Below are positions 32,867 through 46,058 of a stretch of 64,000 nt of DNA, piece after piece (positions within the stretch are counted from its first letter, which is position 1; each line of letters starts with the position of its first letter). The notes under the pieces were generated by a model, which had not been told where the DNA came from, did not search any database, and was given only the letters and a program-made list of their open reading frames with translations. This DNA comes from Leptogorgia sarmentosa (lineage: Eukaryota). Location of the stretch: the NCBI GenBank assembly GCA_964658305.1, contig OZ210885.1, positions 5,580,001 to 5,644,000 of the forward strand, written 5' to 3'. The translations under genes were made by a program, and so were the position numbers.

Positions 32867-34055
32867 CAGGCACGTAGCTGGCTCTTAATCTCTGGGGGGG
32901 GGGGGGGGGCACTGCAGAAACAAATTTTAAAAAGATTTGGTACGCTTTTGACGTTAACATCGCGGGGGGGGGCCTGTGGCAGATGTTCAGCGCGGGGCCC
33001 CTCACACATATTTTTTGAATTATATTTGTCGGGGCATATCACAGCATTACCGCAATTTCAGGGCCGTAGGAACGGTTTGTATTCCTTGGGGCGGGGGGGG
33101 GGGGCGAATCTCGCGAGATGCCACCACGGTTGGCATGGAGCGAGAAAATTTTGAGAATTTAGAGCCTCTAGATCGCCGGAAACGGCCATTTCATTTTAAG
33201 CCAAAAAGGTGCCATTTCAGTTGACTTTTGGGCGAATTGGGCCTCGCCTTTTGATTTGCAAGGCCTCGCGTTTTTTTTTATTTGGTCTGATCTATGGGGC
33301 CTCGCTCTTCGGAGTAATGTTGTTTTACTTTTGTGGAGTTGCCGGTTTTTTGGGCCCTTTTTTGTCTACCCAAGCGCTGAAAAAAATTAGAACTGAGTAA
33401 AACGCGGGACCCCCCAAGCGCGGGGCCCGTGGGCGGACGCCCTTTCTGCCATAGGGTTAATCCGGCACTGTTTTGACCTTTGTGCTCGCAGCTAGTTTAG
33501 TTAGTGATCCACGGTCTTTGTCGTAGGCTATGTCATTTTCACACCCATTCAAATTTCAAAATGAAAATAAAGGGTATATTACAGTATTATCAAGGTATTA
33601 TCAAAGTATTATCATACAAAGTTCATTGGCTTTACTGTCATAAGTGAGCTTAACTAAAACCAAAAAAGCAAAAGCTACATATAAGTGTATTTATATTTCT
33701 GTTAATATTCAGATATTCAAACGTCACACAAACTACAAAATACCGCACTATTTGCGGCTATTTAAAAGAAAGAAGCAGTTGGTCAAGCAGGTGCAAGTAA
33801 TGAACACTTTGATTGCAGAAAATCGCAAAATTTTTACCAGTTTGAAGATCTGTTTCCGTTTAGGTCTGTGTACGTAATGGCGATTACACCAAAATAATTA
33901 GGCTACGCCTTCGATTACTATTCTTTCATGGACAGCCTCGCTGTCTAATTTTTAAACGGCAAAAAGATTGTGGCATAGGGGGGCACAATTTCAATTTTCT
34001 TTCCGAGTGGGGGGGGGGGCACTGCCCCCCAGGCCCCCCCTCAGCGACGGGTCTG
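32867..34055. mobile_element. hAT-type non-autonomous element, probably with a nested MITE
   Basis: TIR CAGGCACGTAGCTG / CAGCGACGGGTCTG; TSD TCATCAAC / TCGTCAAC; empty sites at ~2558 and ~29668. Confidence 0.82.
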
Positions 34056-36520
34056 TCGTCAACTACGATATAAACTTTTATTCAGCTCACAAAACTGAAG
34101 ATGAAATTAAACCATCCAGCCGTAACTTCATGAAATATATCACATGCAGCAAAAATATACGTTTGCATGCGCACGAACTAGACACAGTTAATATATAATA
34201 TGTGTTTATTCTTCAATTGCAGGGTATATATACATATACTTATATTTTTTCATGTAAAACATGTAAAACATTTTTGTTGGCAAAACCTACTTCGGCTACA
34301 TCTTGGCTTTCAAAGACTCATATAGTATGAAAACTTTCATTGTGAACTTCAATCCGTTGGTTGTATAATATAGTACAATATAACTTGTGAGGTGAGGCAG
34401 TGATGCTAATTCACACTAAACAACAAGGCGAATGTAAAAATGCTTGCCGCATATATGGAGAAATTGTGCCAATGGACTTGTAATACACACAGCTAGTACA
34501 TAAACGAGTTTCATCGCGGTGCACCAGGGCTAGATTTCACTGCTGAAAGTGTACAGAAGCATGCAAAGAATATGACTCCATGGCTATCTGGTTGTTTGGG
34601 GCTGGTTGTATAAAACTCTTATAACTACGTTTTATAACTATCCGTTTCGTATGTAGTTAAATTGTAGTTAACTTTTTCGCACGAACAAAAATGCATGGTT
34701 AACTTTAACTAAGTTTTCATAAAAGCGGCCCCTGAGATGCATGTAGGCTTTTCCAAAGTGTCAACTGAATACGTGTACGTGCGATCAAAAAGTGTACAAC
34801 GAATGGCGCTGTTTAGTATTTATAATTATAAGAGAGATTTTCTAACATATTGAGAAGTTTCATTCCAACTACATTTAAACGACCTAAAAAGACCTTAAAC
34901 ACTGTAACTCACCGGAGTTAAACTATTATTTCGTCTGCCGCAATTCTGATCGCCTTGGTATATGAAGCAGGTGCTTATGAGTGATGTTTTATGAATTCGT
35001 GCGCATGCGCATAACAGTAAAATAGATATTTGTTTTGCGCTGCCTCTAACATTCAGAGCCATTATTATTAGAGGTTAAAAGACTATTACCATCTTTTACC
35101 CAGAGTGCATGAGCTGTAATTTATCGTTTACGCCACACCCACAGGCAGAGGGTTTATATACAGTATTTTTTTTCATCAACGTCCAAAAATAATGGGTAAA
35201 ATAACGATTTTGTAGGATAGGATTAAACTTTTTCAAATACGCTAGTCATTTTAATAGCTAGGAGTTGATTTTCAAGCTATATGGTGCATGAGGCGTATAT
35301 TTAAGGCATGAGACATAACTAAATTAAAAATATTTTGAAGTAGTGTCTTCTCGTGCTAGACGAAAAACGTATTGCTCTTATCGCTCGAAATAAAATTCAT
35401 GTTTTCGTATATCACCCTTCACTACCCAATCAGGTGTAAATAGGCTTGGTTTGAATATTCTTATATGAAGTATTCACTGTCGCCTGGTCGCAAACACGGT
35501 CGAGCATACCAGAAAATGAATGCAAAACTACATAGCTAAAAATATCACTTGCTTAAGGTTGATAGAAACAGGATGCAACATGTTGAACTTCACAGTTCTC
35601 AACAACATGTTTCTGCTTTGAAGTCTGAATCAGCCCTCAATCAGGAGTAACAACATTAAAAACAATCCTCCACAACGTTGTTGACAACAATGCACAGCTA
35701 CAGGGCAGAACAGCCACTGAGACGATGGGATTTGTGCTCTTGAACAGGAACCCCCTTCAGGACCCTCTTAGTATAATAACATACGTGTGACCAATGTTTC
35801 GCAAATTGAAAAAAATGTTGACTAAACGATGATTTTTATTTTCACACATTTCAGAATGTGCCAATCAAATTACAGCATTGTACAATATTAGTGTTCCAAT
35901 TATTCCACTAAGGGCCCGTTTCACTACGCGATGCTGCAACTTCCGCTACGAGTTTCAGTGCAATTCTTTTCTTTTAATGGATGTTAATGCGGGGATTTGT
36001 CCAAACGATACGGTCACTTCTAGACCAGAACTCGATGATCTTATCAAGTCAGATATATTTTGCAATTATTCAACACGAATGTGCGCTAAACATTAATTAG
36101 CCAAGCGCGCGTGTTATATCATCGTACATATATTATCCTTAAAGTTTGTTCTTTTCGAAGTCATTCCTCGAGGTCATCCATTATTCTAATTTATCTTGCT
36201 TCGGTCAGAATAAGCGATACCTACTTCAAAACTACCCCATTTATCCAGGGGCGTCACGGGGGGGGGGGGCATGACCCTCGTGCCACCCTCCCCCCCGGTT
36301 CCTACGTCCCTGGTAAAATTTATCTCTTAAAAAATATTCTGCAATGTTAAGCTGAGAGACCTATATTTGTGCTTGGTATGCAGCTTTTCAAGTCTTTTTG
36401 CAGTGTTTTGGCGAGCAATAATAAAGGACGCAAGACATTAAAAAGGTACAGCAAAATCGCCCGTTTCTGTTATATGGGAGGCATTGTCAACTCGCTAAAA
36501 GGCGGTGGCGGCGCTGCAAA

Positions 36521-36940
36521 TTTTTTTCCGTAGGCATTCGGACACCTCATTGATGGTCGGACACAACATATTTTATTAGCGTCCAGACTCTTTCACTTGA
36601 TCAATTGATAATACTAACACTTACCCAAAAGGTAGTTCTGACCCTAACCTTGAATCTAAAATAAAATTTTGAAAGAAAAGCTTAAGTACTGGTGTACTTC
36701 AAAATAAATCGCTCAAATATCTTTGGCAGAATGAAAAAAAATGACGAAAAAAATAACGCCCTGATGGGGATCGAACCCAGACACGTTGCACGCAGTCCGC
36801 ATGCTTACCACTACACCATCCGCTCAAGCTGCCAGGTCTTACATTCAAAATCTTTATGATGTTTATTCCTAATGTTAATGTTAATATGATAATAATGATG
36901 TATCCGACCATCAATGAGGTGTCCGACTGTACGGAAAAAA
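36521..36940. mobile_element. Inverted-repeat element enclosing a tRNA-like sequence (further copies ~45295-45710, ~59585-60000)
   Basis: TCGGACACCTCATTGATGGTCGGA inverted at both ends; minus-strand A box TGGTGTAGTGG and B box GGTTCGATCCC at ~36757-36825. Confidence 0.65.
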
Positions 36941-37297
36941 AGACGCCAGGCACCATTCTTTGAGGTTATTTTTTTGGGAGGAGGATTGAGGGCAAACCAA
37001 TGAATGACTAGTCATTCAATTGAATTAATATTATTAAATGAGGTGCTCGACTATTAATGGGGATACTGTCAGTAGATTGGATATTAGCGCTGGTTGATCC
37101 TTTTTATGAAGATTATTATCATGACAAAGTGTTCTAATGAATTTTTACATTGTATTTTTGTACTCAAGTTAATTGTACATGAATTCCAATTAATTTACGA
37201 TAAAACAGCAAAGTAAGATATGAAAGTAGCGTACCCTATGCATGGCATCAAATGTACTACCAAAAAAAATTCATCGTGTTAAGATTTTACATGCATG

Positions 37298-40200
37298 TTA
37301 GAGCAGAGATGGTCTGAGTTTCATTTCGGTTTTCTTCAACGAGGTATAATATCCCTTCCAACCTGTCCAGTTCACGCCATCAGCGTACGACTTGTGCGGG
37401 CCAAGGTAATAAAAGCCATTCAAATTTGACGCGTGGCAATGCTTATACCACCAGGCTCCTTTGAAGGTCACAGCACAATTTCGTCCAGTATCCACGTCGT
37501 TATCCACATCTTGTGTGCTGAAGGCCATGCCACGTTGGTATCCAAAAGAGTCGCCAGCCGTTCCTGAAAATTCAAAAAGGAGGTTGTAAATAAAATAACA
37601 CAAATTAATAGAATCTTAACATCCTCGATCAAGCCAAAATTTGAGATTAAATGCTATTAAATGTTGTGTTTAATTTTTACCGTTTCTATAACAATCCGCG
37701 GTAGCTACTTGTTTCGGAACGAACGTCTAGTGACTGTAACGACAGGGCGAAACAGAGAATGACAATGTTGCTGGAGTATAACAAGGCCCGTCTCAAAGAC
37801 AGGAGGACTGCTATATATTTTTATAGAAACAAGACAACAGTCGCAGTGCTTAAATGCTTTGGGCAAAGCAACATATTAACGTCGTGTTTTGAATAGAAAT
37901 GTATGTAGAGCTATAGATAGTAATTCACTGGAAGATCTCCACTGTGCTTTGATAGCAAATAACACAATCTTTATTTAAGAAATAGAAAACATTTTCCATG
38001 TTTTTATAGAGTTATAGAAACACGCGTGGAAGTTTGGGAGAAACAAGAAATTCCGTGGGAAAAAACTTTTCCACGGAAAAAATGTTTTCTATTTCCTTTA
38101 GTAAATAGCCTTTTAAAAACAATAAAAAAGATAAGTTTATTGATTTTAATTCATTCAAAGACTCCAACCCGCAACTCGCGTGACACGCAACCCGCGTGAA
38201 AATCCTCGTGTTTCTATAGTGTCATAAAAACAAGGGTTTTTGAGCTCTCGACCAATCAACGCCCGTGTTTTTAAAAGGCTATTTTATAAATAACTATAGT
38301 GGACAACTTGCGACTTGAAATCATTCCTTATTAAGCCAGTAAACTGGACAGCTCAAATTTCACACACAGGTTGTTCGATTTGTAAAATATTCAATAAAGA
38401 GTTATGAATACTCCAGAAATTATGAATACCGAATGGTTCTCCGTGCAGGATTGCGTCATCCATGCATGCACGCAGGATGTGGCGAGAGTTTCGGAAAACG
38501 GAAAAATCACGAACCGCACGCGAGTGACATTCAGCTTTCGGAAACTCAACCCACATCCCAAGTGACGAAGTGAATCGATGACACAATGCTGTATTTGTTA
38601 TATAAATGTGCATCTTCTTCGAAAAATCCGTATTGGAACTGTTACTAATTCACATCCATCGAAACGAGAAAGTTGAACTAGAAATCGACGCAAAAGTTGC
38701 AATGAGAAATCGGGCTTTAGGCTTCACTAGAAATCTATCGTGGAGCTCTCAGTCTCAATCATTGTCTCGTATTTTAAACTGTGTTATCATGAAGTATACC
38801 TGAATATGTGCCCAAACTCAATTTATATTTGGCATCTTCTGAAGCGATGGAAAAGCTGCTGTATTCAGCGTACGTTGTGTTTCCTGTTGTGTCCCACAAG
38901 TCAAATCGAATTACTTTTCTACTGACATTTGTTAGTCGGTGGATTTTGTCCAGACCAACCCAATTTTCGCCTGTGGGATCACCAAAACCATTTTTGTAAT
39001 CTGTCCAGTTGCGGTAGAAATCTACACTACCATCAACACGTCTTTGGATGATCGTCCAACCTCCTCCTGATGTCGTCATATCACATCTTACTCTAAATGT
39101 GCCTTTGCCGTCTGGATCAATGGAATAAACGCCATTTGTTGTGTAACCTTTCTTATAAAGATCAGCGCAATTCTTTCCTGAAATAGAAAAGACGTTTCAA
39201 TTTATGCTCATGCAATAGCCTACAATCGTTAACCCGGGTACCTACATACCATTGTATAATTCGAGATAATTGTGATAAGGGGCGTAGCGTCAAGGGGTTG
39301 GGGGGGTGCCACAACCCGACACTTCTGGTAAATACACTTGCAGACTTGCTTACAACTGTAAATATGTGGGACCCTTTGAAGTAGTTTCCTATTGGGGCAA
39401 CATAATTATATGGTAGTTGAGAGTGTTTGCGCGTTCGGTTACAATGTTGAACGTTGAGAAAATAAAAAAATCATGATCGCTTTATTCTTACCTGTAGCGA
39501 TGGATCCCACCATTTTACTTGCCATAAATTGAGTCTGGAAATACTCGGCTGAATAAATTTTAGAATTGATCTTTGATGGTGCAACGGCTGACGGCTGAAT
39601 TATAATTGATGTCTTCACTGCACTGAACTCTATATCTTCCGCAAATGACGTCATACCAGTAACCATGTTGTAGCTGGGAGTGACGGATGATGTTTTCACT
39701 CCATTACCTTTCCCACTACTGGAAAAACTTGTGTATGTTCCTCTTCCAATACCATTGAGGTTTGAAGTGGAGTTTTTCATGCCCGTTGTCACGCTAGCTT
39801 TATTTTTACGTGTGCTTGTTGCTTGATCTGCACCGGTGCTGTTCAAACTCAGAACTGCAGAATTTGAAGCACTCACTAAGATTGAAAGAAAATTAAATCG
39901 AAGCTTTTTTCCACACTCCAAATTGTAACTTGTTTTTTCAGAAACATCATCGTGCTATATTAAAAATTCAATTTTTATAACGACATTCTATCTTCTTTTT
40001 AAACATGAAATGTATAATGTGTAAAATAGTGAGTAGATTATTGTCTTTGTTAAACGAAGAAAGATAGTTTAATGAAAAGGGTTCATTCCAGGGCTGTTCC
40101 TAGGCTTTCAGACTTGGGTGGGGGGGATATCCGAAATTTCCTATTCGAAGATTACAAATGTGCAAATATTTTCTCATAAAATCACTCTTTAAACAGATCA

Positions 40201-42668
40201 CCTTTTAGTGAAAAAATAACGAAAACCACTAAAAAACTTAGGCCAGTTTCGCATTTCATTTGAGTCGAGATCACTTTACCCTAGTTTAGCCTAAAACGTC
40301 GTATGACACAAATACATGCACACGCGTTGTACCCATCTTGCCCTGAAGGATGTACTGCGTATACTGTGATCGCAAGAACGTCCTGGACGAATTAAACTTA
40401 TTTTCTAAGAAGATCCATTCGGTCAATTAAAAATTGACTGTAAATATTTAAACAACAAGTATAAAACTGGCTATTTGGATACTGATCATAGTGTAGTTTT
40501 GAAATGTCGGACGTAACAAATGTGCTACTGTATAATATGTAATTAGCAATACCCAAAGATTACTAAAGAAATCAAGAGCCAAATACCGTGAAGCAAAATG
40601 TAATCAATAATACCTTTTATACTGTCATTTGAGACCTTCGTAAAGCAGCTGTCATTGTATTCCTATATAATATAGATATCGATAATTTATGCATGGACAA
40701 TCTTATCGTTTGTGGTAATAAAATTACAAAGAACTGTTTTTAAAAATGCTGTTTCACCTAAGCGGGACGAAATTGTTCAGGAAAATTGAGATATCAAGTC
40801 TGCAATTTCGCAAGGACAGTCATTATAATTCCCTTAGATTACTAATTAGATTATTTTACAAGGGATACGGTATTATACGTAATTTCAATTGATATATTTT
40901 TCTACAGCCCCGTTGACTCAGGAAACAAATTAATTTTTCCTTCCAATGCTTTTAAATTCGTACTATGCGAAACAGGGACGGTGGAAGATGTTTTCGATCG
41001 TGGGGCGGGAAGTCTAACTGACCCTATACCCCCCTCTACCACCCCGCCTTCAAGGGAGAATAATGAAATGTAGTTTTTGGCCTTTTTCAAAACCACTCCT
41101 CACTACTAATATAAGTCAGACATTTTGTGAGGATGAAAACCATGTGTTGCCCCCACAAGTGAATTTTTGTGGGGGCGACCTCCCCACTGCCCCAACCGTT
41201 CCCCCGCCTCTGGTGCAAAAAGATCCGAATGCTGACTATTTTAGTCAATCGTGTCATCTCGTATTGCTCATCACAACTGGTTAACTAACTTTATAATATA
41301 AGTAGGGTAAAATCTGCAACGTGATTGGCTAATGAGCGTGCATTATAACAGCGTAATGCACGCATCTAGCTATTAAATTTCTCCCGCGACTCTTTGGTTT
41401 GACAAAAAAACAATAAAAATACACATATACGAAAAATACATCCATAAAAAACGCTTGAATTGTTTGCTTTCGCTCAGCTAAAGGAATAAAGCTGTGTTGC
41501 TGCTTGGCAACATTTGAGAACACGCTTGATTACATGTAAAGAGAATTGTAATTTTGATCTTCCTAACGAAGTTATTTGTTGCGCTAATATTCTCTTATAT
41601 TATGAAAGAAATAGAAAAACTCGTCGCGTGCCATTATGCTGTTATAATTGCACTCGGGCAATGTTGTGAGAATACTCGAGAATCGCGTAAAACACTCGGC
41701 TACGCCTCGTGTTTTACGCGATTCTCTCGTATTCTCGCAACATTTCTCTCGTGCATTATAACAGCATAATGGCACGCGACTCGTTATCTATTTCTTAAAA
41801 TAATAATATATTTATAAAAATGCTAGACATGTCACTTGAAGCTTGTAATTTGCTTTTACCTTTTGCGGATTATTGAGATAAACATGGTTATAAGAACAAT
41901 TTGCTTCCAAGAGTTTCTGAGAAGTATTGTATACCATATTATGCAACATTTCGCAATTTGATTCATTCTGTAAGATCGATGTCTTTTTATAATTGATTGA
42001 TCGGCAGCAAGGCTCTTTGACACATTCCACCACACAGGCGAGCCAATCTGAAACCACTTTCGTCATCACAATTGACACATTTAGTCTGTAACCTAGGAAA
42101 CATGAATAACGTCACGATGAGTCTGTAGCATGTTTCTTAAAACATGATTATTATATTATGATTTAAATTATTTATAAAATAGCCTTTTGAAAACACGGGC
42201 GTAGATTGGTCGAAACAAGGCGCTATAGAACAAGTGGGGTAAAATTAAAGCTATAGCGCCCATGATGTCTGTGTGATGGGTGGAACCCCCCCCCCCCCGC
42301 ATACAAAAAAAGCAGCATTTTGAAAACAAACATGGCAGGAAATCTGGGATGTCTTTTTTGTTTTCGGAGACCGCAAAAAAGTCGAAAGCTCGAAAAACCT
42401 GGATTTAAAAAAAACGGGATTCTTCGCGCGTGTTGCATGCCTGGCGAGGTGTTTATACTAAAACGAAGTGTGAGTATTTCTACCCAATTTCGAGAACATG
42501 ATTGCATTTCGTGGACAGATATTTTGAGATTTTTACAGCTTACTTACCCTCGAGACTTGAATTGAAACAAAAACTCAAAACTTGTTTTGTTTCTTCTTCT
42601 TCAGCGACAATTACTGCTCTTAATGCAGATGCAATGAAAAAGATCAACAAGTGAAACTTTATATGCAT
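37298..42668 (-). CDS. PAN + S/T-rich + FReD secreted protein, copy B (exons 42668-42548, 42092-41860, 40662-40614, 39875-39492, 39177-38800, 37563-37298)
   Basis: Same motifs; splice phases 1,0,1,1,1 are mutually compatible. Confidence 0.85.
41300..41800. mobile_element. Palindrome-bearing insertion in intron 2 of copy B
   Basis: Absent from copies A and D; imperfect hairpin of about 190 bp at 41606-41796. Confidence 0.7.
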
Positions 42669-45600
42669 CGTTGCTTTGCAGTGATCACCAATTCCCAAGT
42701 AACACTGTTATTATCAAGTAAGTTATTTTCCTAAAAAAATTATATAGGGGGTAATATTAAAGGATTATTGACCGAGCGTGAGGTTTGTGCCGTGAAATAT
42801 CAGACGGAAGTTTTTCAGTAACGGACCGAGCGACGAAGGGTCGGAGTCAATGGCAAAAAAGCAGAGCTCTGGTATTTCACAGTATAGACGGAACGAGCGA
42901 GGTAAATATTCCATCTATTATGCGGCTGTCTTTGAGCGTATACTTTCCACGCGAATTAAATCGGTATCAATAAGAAAAATTTGGTTATTTGAATTTTTTA
43001 TCTCTAAATTTTACATTGGAACATTAAAATACAAAAATCTTTTCTGTTCGCAAAGTGAAATTTCGGAATGTTGCTACTAAATCCAAACGATTTGGCGTTC
43101 TGCTGGAATAAGCCTGTTTTGCGGATGATTGGGAAAACTAATGCCTTTCAAAAGATAGTTTCTGATGATAATTTAGTGTTAATAAGCTTTAAAACAACAA
43201 ACATTACGCGCAATTATCTTTGAATTATGAATTTGGACTCATTATTGCATGCGCACGACAGGTAATATATGTGTTTATTCTTCAATTGCAGGGTATATAT
43301 ACATATACTTATATTCTTTCATTTAAAATGTAAAACATTTTTGATGGCAAAACCTACTTCGGCTACATCTTAGCTTTCAAACACTCGAAATTGTGCCAAT
43401 GAACTTGTAATACACACAGCAGTAGATAAAAGAGTTTCATCGCGGTGCACTAGGGCTAGATTTCACTGCTGAAAGTGTACAGAAGCATGCAAACAATATG
43501 ACTCCTTGGCCATCTGGTTATTTGGGGCCGGTTGTATAAAACTCTTATAACTACGTTTTATAATTATCCGTTTCGTATGTAGTTAAATTGTAGTTAATAT
43601 TTTCACACGAACAAAAATGCATGGTTAACTTTAACTAGGTTTTCATACAAGCGTCCACCGAGATGCATTGACGGATTTTCCAAAGTGTCAACTGAATACG
43701 TGTACGTGCGATCAAAAAACTGCACAACGAATGGCGCTGTTTAATATTTATAATTATAAGAGAAATTTTGTAACATGTTGAGAAGTTTTATTCCAACTAC
43801 ATTTAAACGACCTAAAAAGAATGCACTGCATAACACTATAAACTCACCGGAGTTAAATTATTATTTCCACTGCCGCAATTCTGTTCTCCTCAGTATATGA
43901 AGCAGGTGCTGTTATGAGTGATGTTTTATGAATTCGTGCGTATAACAGTAAAATAAATATTTATTTTGCGCTGCCTCTAACATTCAAAGCCATTATTAAA
44001 CTACTACCATCTTTTACCCAGAGTGCATGAGCTGAAGTGAGGCGTATTTCCAAGTGAGGCGTATAAAATTTAAGCCGTTGGACATAAAAACTCGAAAATA
44101 AAAATCGTAATAAAATTCATGTTTTCGTATATCACCCTTCACTACCCAATCAGGTGTAAAATAGGCTTTGTTTGAATATTCTTATATAAAGTATTCACAG
44201 TCGCCTGGTCGCAAGCACGGTCGAGTATACGGTACCAGAAAATGAATGCAAAACTACACAACTAAAAATATCACTTGCTCAAGGTTGATAGAAACAGGAT
44301 GCAACATGTTGAACTTCATAATAATTCTCAACAACATTTTTCAGCATTGTTAAGTCTGAATCAGCCCTCAATCAGGAGTAACAACATTAAAAACAATCCT
44401 CCACAACGTTATTGACAACAATGCACAGGGCAGAACAGCCACTGAGATGATGGGATATGAGCTCTTGAACACTGGAATTTAGTCAAAATTTGGGCTGGGA
44501 AATTGGAACAGGAATCCCCTTCAGGACCCTCTTAGTATAATAACATACGTAAATTAAACGATGATTTAAAGTATATTTTTATTTTCGCACTTTTCAAAAT
44601 GTGCCAATCAAATTACAGCGTTATAGTACAATAATAGTATTCTGCATTATTATTTCCCTAAGGGCCCGTTTCAATACACGATCCTCAGCAACTTACGTTA
44701 CGATTTTTAGTGCAATTCTTTAATTTTTTTTAATAGATATTAATGCGGGGATTTGTCCAAACGATACGGTCACTTCTAGACCAGAACTCGATGATCTTAT
44801 CAAGTAAATATACAAGAATGAAGTCAGATATATTTGTAATTATTCAACACGAACGTGCGCTAAACAAGAGTTAGCTTAGTGCGCGTATTATTATATCATC
44901 GTACATATAATTATTATCCTTAAAGTTTGTTCCTGTCGAAGTCATTCCTCGAGGTCATCCATTATTATAGTTTATCTTGCTTTGGTCAGAATACGCGATA
45001 ACTACTTCAAAACTACCCCATTTATCCAGGGGCGTCACGGGGGACATGGCCCTCGTGCACCCCCCCGGTTTCTACGTCCCTGGTAAAATTTATCTCTTAT
45101 TAAAAAATATTTTGCAATGTTAAGCTGAAAGTCCTATATTTGTGCTTAGTATGCAGCTTTTCTAGTCTTTTTGCAGTGTTTTGGCGAGCAATAATAAAGA
45201 ACGCAAGAGATTAAAAAAATACAACAAAATCGCCCGTTTCTGCTATATGGGAAGCATTGTCAACTCGCTAAAAGGCAGTGGCGGTGCTGCAAATTTTTTT
45301 CCGTAGACAGTCGCACACCTCGTTGATGTTCGGACTCATCATTTATTAGCGTCCAGACTCTTTCACTTGATCAATTGATAATATTAACACTTACCCAAAA
45401 GGTAGTTCTCACCCTAACCTTGAACATAAATAACATTTTGAAAGAAAATCTTAAGTACGGGTGCATTTCAAAATAAATCGCTCAAATATCTTTGGCAGAA
45501 TGAAAAAAAATGACAAGAAAATAACGCCCTAATGGGGATCGAACCCAGTCACGTTGCACGCAGTCCGCATGCTTACCACTACACCATCCGCTCAAGCTGC

Positions 45601-46058
45601 CAGGTCTTACAGTCAAAATCTTTATGATGTTTATTCCTAATGCTAATGTTGAAATGATAATAATGATGTGTCCGACCATCAATGAGGTGTCCGACTGTAC
45701 GGAAAAAAAGACGCCAGGCACCATTCTTTGGGGTTATTTTTTTGCGAGGGGGATTGAGGGCAAACCAATGAATGACTAGTCATTCAATTGAATGACTATT
45801 ATTAAATGAGGTGCTCGACTATTATTGAGGTACTGTCAGTAGATTCGATATTAGCGCTGGTTGATCCTTTTTATGAAGATTATTATCATGACAAAGTGTT
45901 CTAATGAATTTTTACAGTATTTTTGTACTCGAGCTAATTGTATATGAATTTCAATTTACGATAAAACAGCAAAGTAAGATATTAAAGTAGCGTACCCCAT
46001 GCATGGCATCAAATGTACTACCAATAAAAATTCATCGTGTTAAGATTTTACATGCATG

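Noticed and set aside
36757..36825. Functional tRNA gene
   Set aside because: A and B boxes are present, but I could not form a proper acceptor or anticodon stem, and it lies within a repeat element.
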